Translations under genes and position numbers: made by a program
The notes under the pieces: model-generated
The model's input: the letters and a program-made list of their open reading frames with translations, nothing else
The model's database searches: none
What the model was told of the DNA's origin: nothing
Source: Treponemataceae bacterium
GTDB lineage: Bacteria > Spirochaetota > Spirochaetia > Treponematales > Rectinemataceae
Direction of reading: 5' to 3'
Assembly (NCBI GenBank): GCA_963667725.2
Contig: CAXXHO010000005.1
Location: 224,001-288,000, forward strand
Length of the DNA stretch: 64,000 bases
Part shown: one piece after another, positions 59,954 through 64,000 of the stretch
Layout of the letters: each line of letters starts with the position of its first letter
Position numbering within the stretch: position 1 is the first letter of the stretch

Positions 59954-61954
59954 ATGGATATAGCTTCGCTTGGAAAGATCGCCGAATCCGTCCGCAGCCT
60001 GACAATAGACGCGGTGCAGAAAGCCAACTCCGGCCATCCCGGCCTTCCCATGGGAGCGGCCGAACTCGGCGCTTACCTCTATGGCGCCGCGATGAACTAC
60101 GACGCCGAAGATCCCTCCTGGATCAACCGCGACCGATTCATATTGTCGGCCGGGCACGGCTCCATGTTGCTTTATTCGATGCTCCACATGGCGGGATTCG
60201 CCCTCTCCCTCGACGACATCAAGAGCTTCCGCCAGGTCGGTTCCAAATGCCCCGGCCATCCCGAATACGGCGTCACTCCCGGCGTGGAGACCACGACTGG
60301 CCCGCTCGGACAGGGCATAGCCAACGCGGTGGGCATGGCCATCGGCGAGCGCATGATGGCGGCGAAGTTCAATACGCCCGACGCGAAAATTTTCGACCAC
60401 TACACCTACACGCTCGTGGGCGACGGCTGTCTCCAGGAAGGCGTGGCGTCCGAAGCCTGTTCTCTCGCCGGCCACCTCGGCCTCGGCAAGCTTATCGCCT
60501 ATTACGATTCCAATTCGATCACCATCGACGGTTCGACGTCGATCGCCTTCACCGAGGATGTCGGGAAACGCTTCGAAGCCTACGGCTGGCAGGTCCTGTG
60601 CGGCAACATGTACGATTTTGATGGGCTGGCGGCGCTGACGGCAAGCGCCAAGGCTGAAACAGCCAAGCCCAGTCTCATCATTCTCAAGAGCGTCATAGGC
60701 AAGGGCGCGCCGACGAAACAGGGCACGGCGGGCGTGCATGGCGCCGCCCTCGGCGACGAGGAAGTGGCCAAGACCAAGGCGGCCCTCGGCATTCCGGCCG
60801 ACGCGTCATTCTTCGTGGCGCCTGAAGCCTACGCCTTTTTCGAGAAGCGCAGGAAGGAACTCAAGGCGACCAAGGCTTCATGGCAGAAAATCTACGAGGC
60901 CTGGGGAAAGGCCAACCCCGCCCTCTCCGAAGAATTGAGCGCCTGGTACTTCAACCGCCCGATGAGCCGGCTCGAAATGCCCGGCTTTGCCCAGGGCGAA
61001 AAGCTCGCCACGCGCGCCGCGTCGGGCAAATGCCTGGCAGCCATAGCGAAGGCCTGGCCTAACCTGATCGGCGGCTCCGCGGACCTCACAAGCCCGAACG
61101 TCACCCAGCTTCCCGCCAACCCCTCAGGCCTGCCTCTCGATTTCACGGCGAGCAATCCCGGCGGCCGCTACATCCGCTTCGGCGTGCGCGAACACGGTAT
61201 GGCGGCCATCGCCAACGGCCTCGCCCTCTACGGCGGCCTGCGTCCCTTCGTCGCCACCTTCCTCGTCTTCGCCGATTACCTGCGTCCAGCGCTGCGTCTC
61301 GCCGCGCTGATGAAGCTGCCGGTCATCTATATTTTCACCCACGATTCCATCTTCGTAGGCGAGGATGGCCCGACCCACGAACCCATCGAGACTCTCGCCT
61401 CCCTCAGGGCTATACCCGGCCTCAACGTCCTCCGCCCCGCGGACGCCGATGAGACGGCGGTGGCCTGGAAAGCGGCCATGGAAAGAACCGACGGCCCGAC
61501 GGCCCTCCTCTTGAGCAGGCAGAATCTCCCCGTGTTCGCCAAGGAAGATCCCCTCTGGCAGGACGGCATGGCGGTCGGCGCCTATGTGGCGCGCAACGCG
61601 CCGAAAGAGCCCGACATCGTCCTCGCGGCCTCCGGCTCAGAGGTTTCGCTCGCCATGAAGGCCGCCGACCTTGTTGGCGCCCAGAAGCCCGGTCTTTCCA
61701 TACGCGTCGTCTCGGTTCCCGACAGGAACGCTTTCTTCAGGGCGCCGGCGCCAATACGGGACGTCATTCTCTCCCCTCCGGCCAAGGTTTTCGTCGCGGA
61801 AGCGGGCATAGCGATGGGCTGGGAGAGAATAGCTCCCGTCGAGCGCATTCTGTCCATCGAGCGATTCGGCGAGTCGGGACCAGCCGAGAAAGTCGCCGTC
61901 CACCTCGGTTTCACGCCCGAAGCATTTGCCGAGTTGATACTCGGTTCGCTCTGA
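59954..61954 (+). CDS. tkt: Transketolase
   Basis: SGHPG, RDRFILSAGH, GPLGQG, GDGCLQEG, FGVREH, THDS..GEDGPTH. Confidence 0.96.
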   Translation: MDIASLGKIAESVRSLTIDAVQKANSGHPGLPMGAAELGAYLYGAAMNYDAEDPSWINRDRFILSAGHGSMLLYSMLHMAGFALSLDDIKSFRQVGSKCPGHPEYGVTPGVETTTGPLGQGIANAVGMAIGERMMAAKFNTPDAKIFDHYTYTLVGDGCLQEGVASEACSLAGHLGLGKLIAYYDSNSITIDGSTSIAFTEDVGKRFEAYGWQVLCGNMYDFDGLAALTASAKAETAKPSLIILKSVIGKGAPTKQGTAGVHGAALGDEEVAKTKAALGIPADASFFVAPEAYAFFEKRRKELKATKASWQKIYEAWGKANPALSEELSAWYFNRPMSRLEMPGFAQGEKLATRAASGKCLAAIAKAWPNLIGGSADLTSPNVTQLPANPSGLPLDFTASNPGGRYIRFGVREHGMAAIANGLALYGGLRPFVATFLVFADYLRPALRLAALMKLPVIYIFTHDSIFVGEDGPTHEPIETLASLRAIPGLNVLRPADADETAVAWKAAMERTDGPTALLLSRQNLPVFAKEDPLWQDGMAVGAYVARNAPKEPDIVLAASGSEVSLAMKAADLVGAQKPGLSIRVVSVPDRNAFFRAPAPIRDVILSPPAKVFVAEAGIAMGWERIAPVERILSIERFGESGPAEKVAVHLGFTPEAFAELILGSL

Positions 61955-62022
61955 ACCGTGGCACTCTCACGATCAGCATCGAAACGCCGTAGATTGAGAT
62001 TCATAGCTGAAGGAGCCTGGGC

Positions 62023-63114
62023 ATGAGCGAAGGAATAAGGGTACCGCGCGGAGATTTGGAAGCTTTCTGCGCCGATGTCTTCATGAAGCTGGGGCTGTCC
62101 CGGGGCGAGGCCGTCGATTCGGCCGAAATCCTGGTGGCCGCCGACGCCCGCGGCATCGGCAGCCATGGAGTCGGCCGTCTCTGGCGCTACGAAAACGGCA
62201 TCAAGAAAGGCATAATGTCGGGCGGCATTCAGCCCGCGATCCTGCGCGAGACGCCCATGTCCCTCGTCCTCGACGCCCAGGGAGCCATGGGCCTCTCCTT
62301 GAGCAAACACACGATGGAGAAGGTGATCGAGAAGGCCGAAACCGTCGGCGCGGCCTTCGCCTCCATCCGCAACTCCAACCATTTCGGCATAGCCGGTTAC
62401 TACACGGAGATGGCCGCCCGCCGCGATATGATAGGCATCTGCATGACCAACACGGCGGCCCTGGGAGTCCCCACCTTCGGGCGCAGCGCCATGTTCGGCA
62501 CCAACCCCATCGCCGTGTCCGTCCCTGCCCTGAAAGGGCGGATGTTCACCCTCGACATGGCCACCACCTGCGTGACACGCGGCAAGGTCGAGGTCTACGA
62601 CCGCGAGAACAAAGCCCTCCCTCTCGGCTGGGCCGTGGACACGAAGGGAAAGGAGACTGCCGACGCCCACAGCCTCCTGGAGGACATGCTTTTCCAGCGG
62701 GGCGGCGGCCTCCTTCCCCTAGGCGGCGAAGGCGAATTGTTCAGCGGGTATAAGGGCTATGGCCTCGCCGTCCTCGTCGACATCATGACGGCTATCACTT
62801 CGGGGGGAGTCTTCGGCAAGTCGGTGATGGACAGCGAGGCCACGTCGGCTCGCGTATGCCATTTTTTCGGCGCGATCCGCCTGGATCTGTTCCGCGACCC
62901 CGAGGAACTCAAGACCGATATGGACCGCATGCTCGCCGAGCTCACCGGCGCCGAGCCGGCCGAAGGCTGCGGCCGCGTCTATTACGCGGGACTCAAGGAA
63001 CACGAATCGGAAGCCTTAAGCGACCGGATCGGAGTTCCCCTCACCGCGAAGGTGGCGGAGCGGCTGAAACGCATCGGCGACGATCTGGGGGTGGCCTTTC
63101 CGGCTCAGCCCTGA
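62023..63114 (+). CDS. Ldh_2-family oxidoreductase (malate/L-lactate/ureidoglycolate dehydrogenase-like)
   Basis: AD.RG..SHG, SNHFG, GTNPIA, LDMAT, GYKGYGL. Confidence 0.88.
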   Translation: MSEGIRVPRGDLEAFCADVFMKLGLSRGEAVDSAEILVAADARGIGSHGVGRLWRYENGIKKGIMSGGIQPAILRETPMSLVLDAQGAMGLSLSKHTMEKVIEKAETVGAAFASIRNSNHFGIAGYYTEMAARRDMIGICMTNTAALGVPTFGRSAMFGTNPIAVSVPALKGRMFTLDMATTCVTRGKVEVYDRENKALPLGWAVDTKGKETADAHSLLEDMLFQRGGGLLPLGGEGELFSGYKGYGLAVLVDIMTAITSGGVFGKSVMDSEATSARVCHFFGAIRLDLFRDPEELKTDMDRMLAELTGAEPAEGCGRVYYAGLKEHESEALSDRIGVPLTAKVAERLKRIGDDLGVAFPAQP

Positions 63115-63710
63115 ATTATCCTGATATAGTTGGTGATTCCGCCGAGAAGCATATCCACGGAAATAGCCGTCAGCACGAGTCCCATCAATTTCTCGATGGC
63201 GCTCAGGAAACGATCGCCCAGCCAACGCTCCAGCCTGGAAGATCCCAGGAACACGATCGTCGTCACCGCGATGGCGATGAAAATGGAGCCTATCCACTCG
63301 AGGGTTCTGTCGGGCGACGATTTGGCGAGAAGCATGACCGTCGTCATGGCCGAAGGTCCCGCGATGAGGGGTATGGCCAAGGGTACGATGAACGGTTCGG
63401 CTCCCGCCTCGTCCTCGACCAGCTGGCCGCCCGACTTCGGAAACACCATATTGATGGCGATGAGAAAGAGGATGACGCCGCCCGCGATCCGCAGTGATTC
63501 ATCGGAGATGCTCACCGCGTCGAGAAAGGCGGACCCGAAAAAGAGAAAAATCGCGAGGGCGAGAAAAGCTATGGCGCATTCGCGCAGTATCACGTGCCTT
63601 CTGCGCGCCGGATCCACGTGTTTGAGCGCCGCCAGCAGAAGGGGTATGTTTCCCAGCGGATCGGTGATGAGTATGAGAAGAATCGTAGCCGACAGAAAAC
63701 TTTGTTTCAT
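63105..63710 (-). CDS. MarC family membrane protein
   Basis: DPLGNIP, IAGG.ILF.IA, VPLAIPLIAGP, MGL.L.AI.V. Confidence 0.9.
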   Translation of the reverse strand: MKQSFLSATILLILITDPLGNIPLLLAALKHVDPARRRHVILRECAIAFLALAIFLFFGSAFLDAVSISDESLRIAGGVILFLIAINMVFPKSGGQLVEDEAGAEPFIVPLAIPLIAGPSAMTTVMLLAKSSPDRTLEWIGSIFIAIAVTTIVFLGSSRLERWLGDRFLSAIEKLMGLVLTAISVDMLLGGITNYIRIIQG

Positions 63711-63730
63711 GATTCCCTTCCTCTTCCGCC

Positions 63731-64000
63731 CTATCGTATCGCTTTCGCCGTTCGCCGCACAGACACGAACGAGGAAGCCAGCACCGCGGCGATTATAATG
63801 AGGCCTCCCAGCATGGAGCGGAAACCGGGCGCTTCGCGCGTCGCCAAAAATACCCAGACCGGATTGAAAAGCGGCTCGATGACGGCGATGAGGATGCTTT
63901 CGAGTGCCGTTATGCGCTTTATGCCGTAGGAGAACAGCACGGCCGCCAGGCCAATCTGAACGACGCCAAGCGCCGTGATCGCGAAAAGCGATCCGGCGGT
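63731..64000 (-). CDS. DMT/EamA family transporter, 3' end (runs off the window)
   Basis: IEPLFNPVWVFL..RE.P....LGG.II motif. Confidence 0.75.
   Translation of the reverse strand, partial: TAGSLFAITALGVVQIGLAAVLFSYGIKRITALESILIAVIEPLFNPVWVFLATREAPGFRSMLGGLIIIAAVLASSFVSVRRTAKAIR

Overview
A 64-kb bacterial chromosomal segment. The backbone is GC-rich, and its gene repertoire suggests an anaerobic Spirochaetia-like host (inference only). Backbone genes include ftsK, uppP, slyD, leuS, a TRAP transporter, a DUF3798-type ABC importer, three ABC-2 exporters, a CBS-Ser/Thr kinase/DRTGG/PHP module, a ygiQ-type radical SAM gene, ribA, pyk, uvrC and tkt. A visibly AT-rich accessory island spans about 12.3-30.75 kb and has three components. 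(i) An intact 10-gene catabolic operon that joins an LsrF-type thiolase, a second DhnA-type aldolase, a Zn-dehydrogenase, a sugar ABC importer and an FGGY kinase to butyrate kinase and phosphotransbutyrylase; this is the best candidate for an undescribed pathway. (ii) Two IS1634-family elements with 6-bp target duplications and one IS630 element. (iii) A shattered type I restriction-modification locus containing a truncated PrrC-like anticodon nuclease. No rRNA, tRNA or CRISPR array was recognised. Product calls come from recalled family motifs, not database searches.
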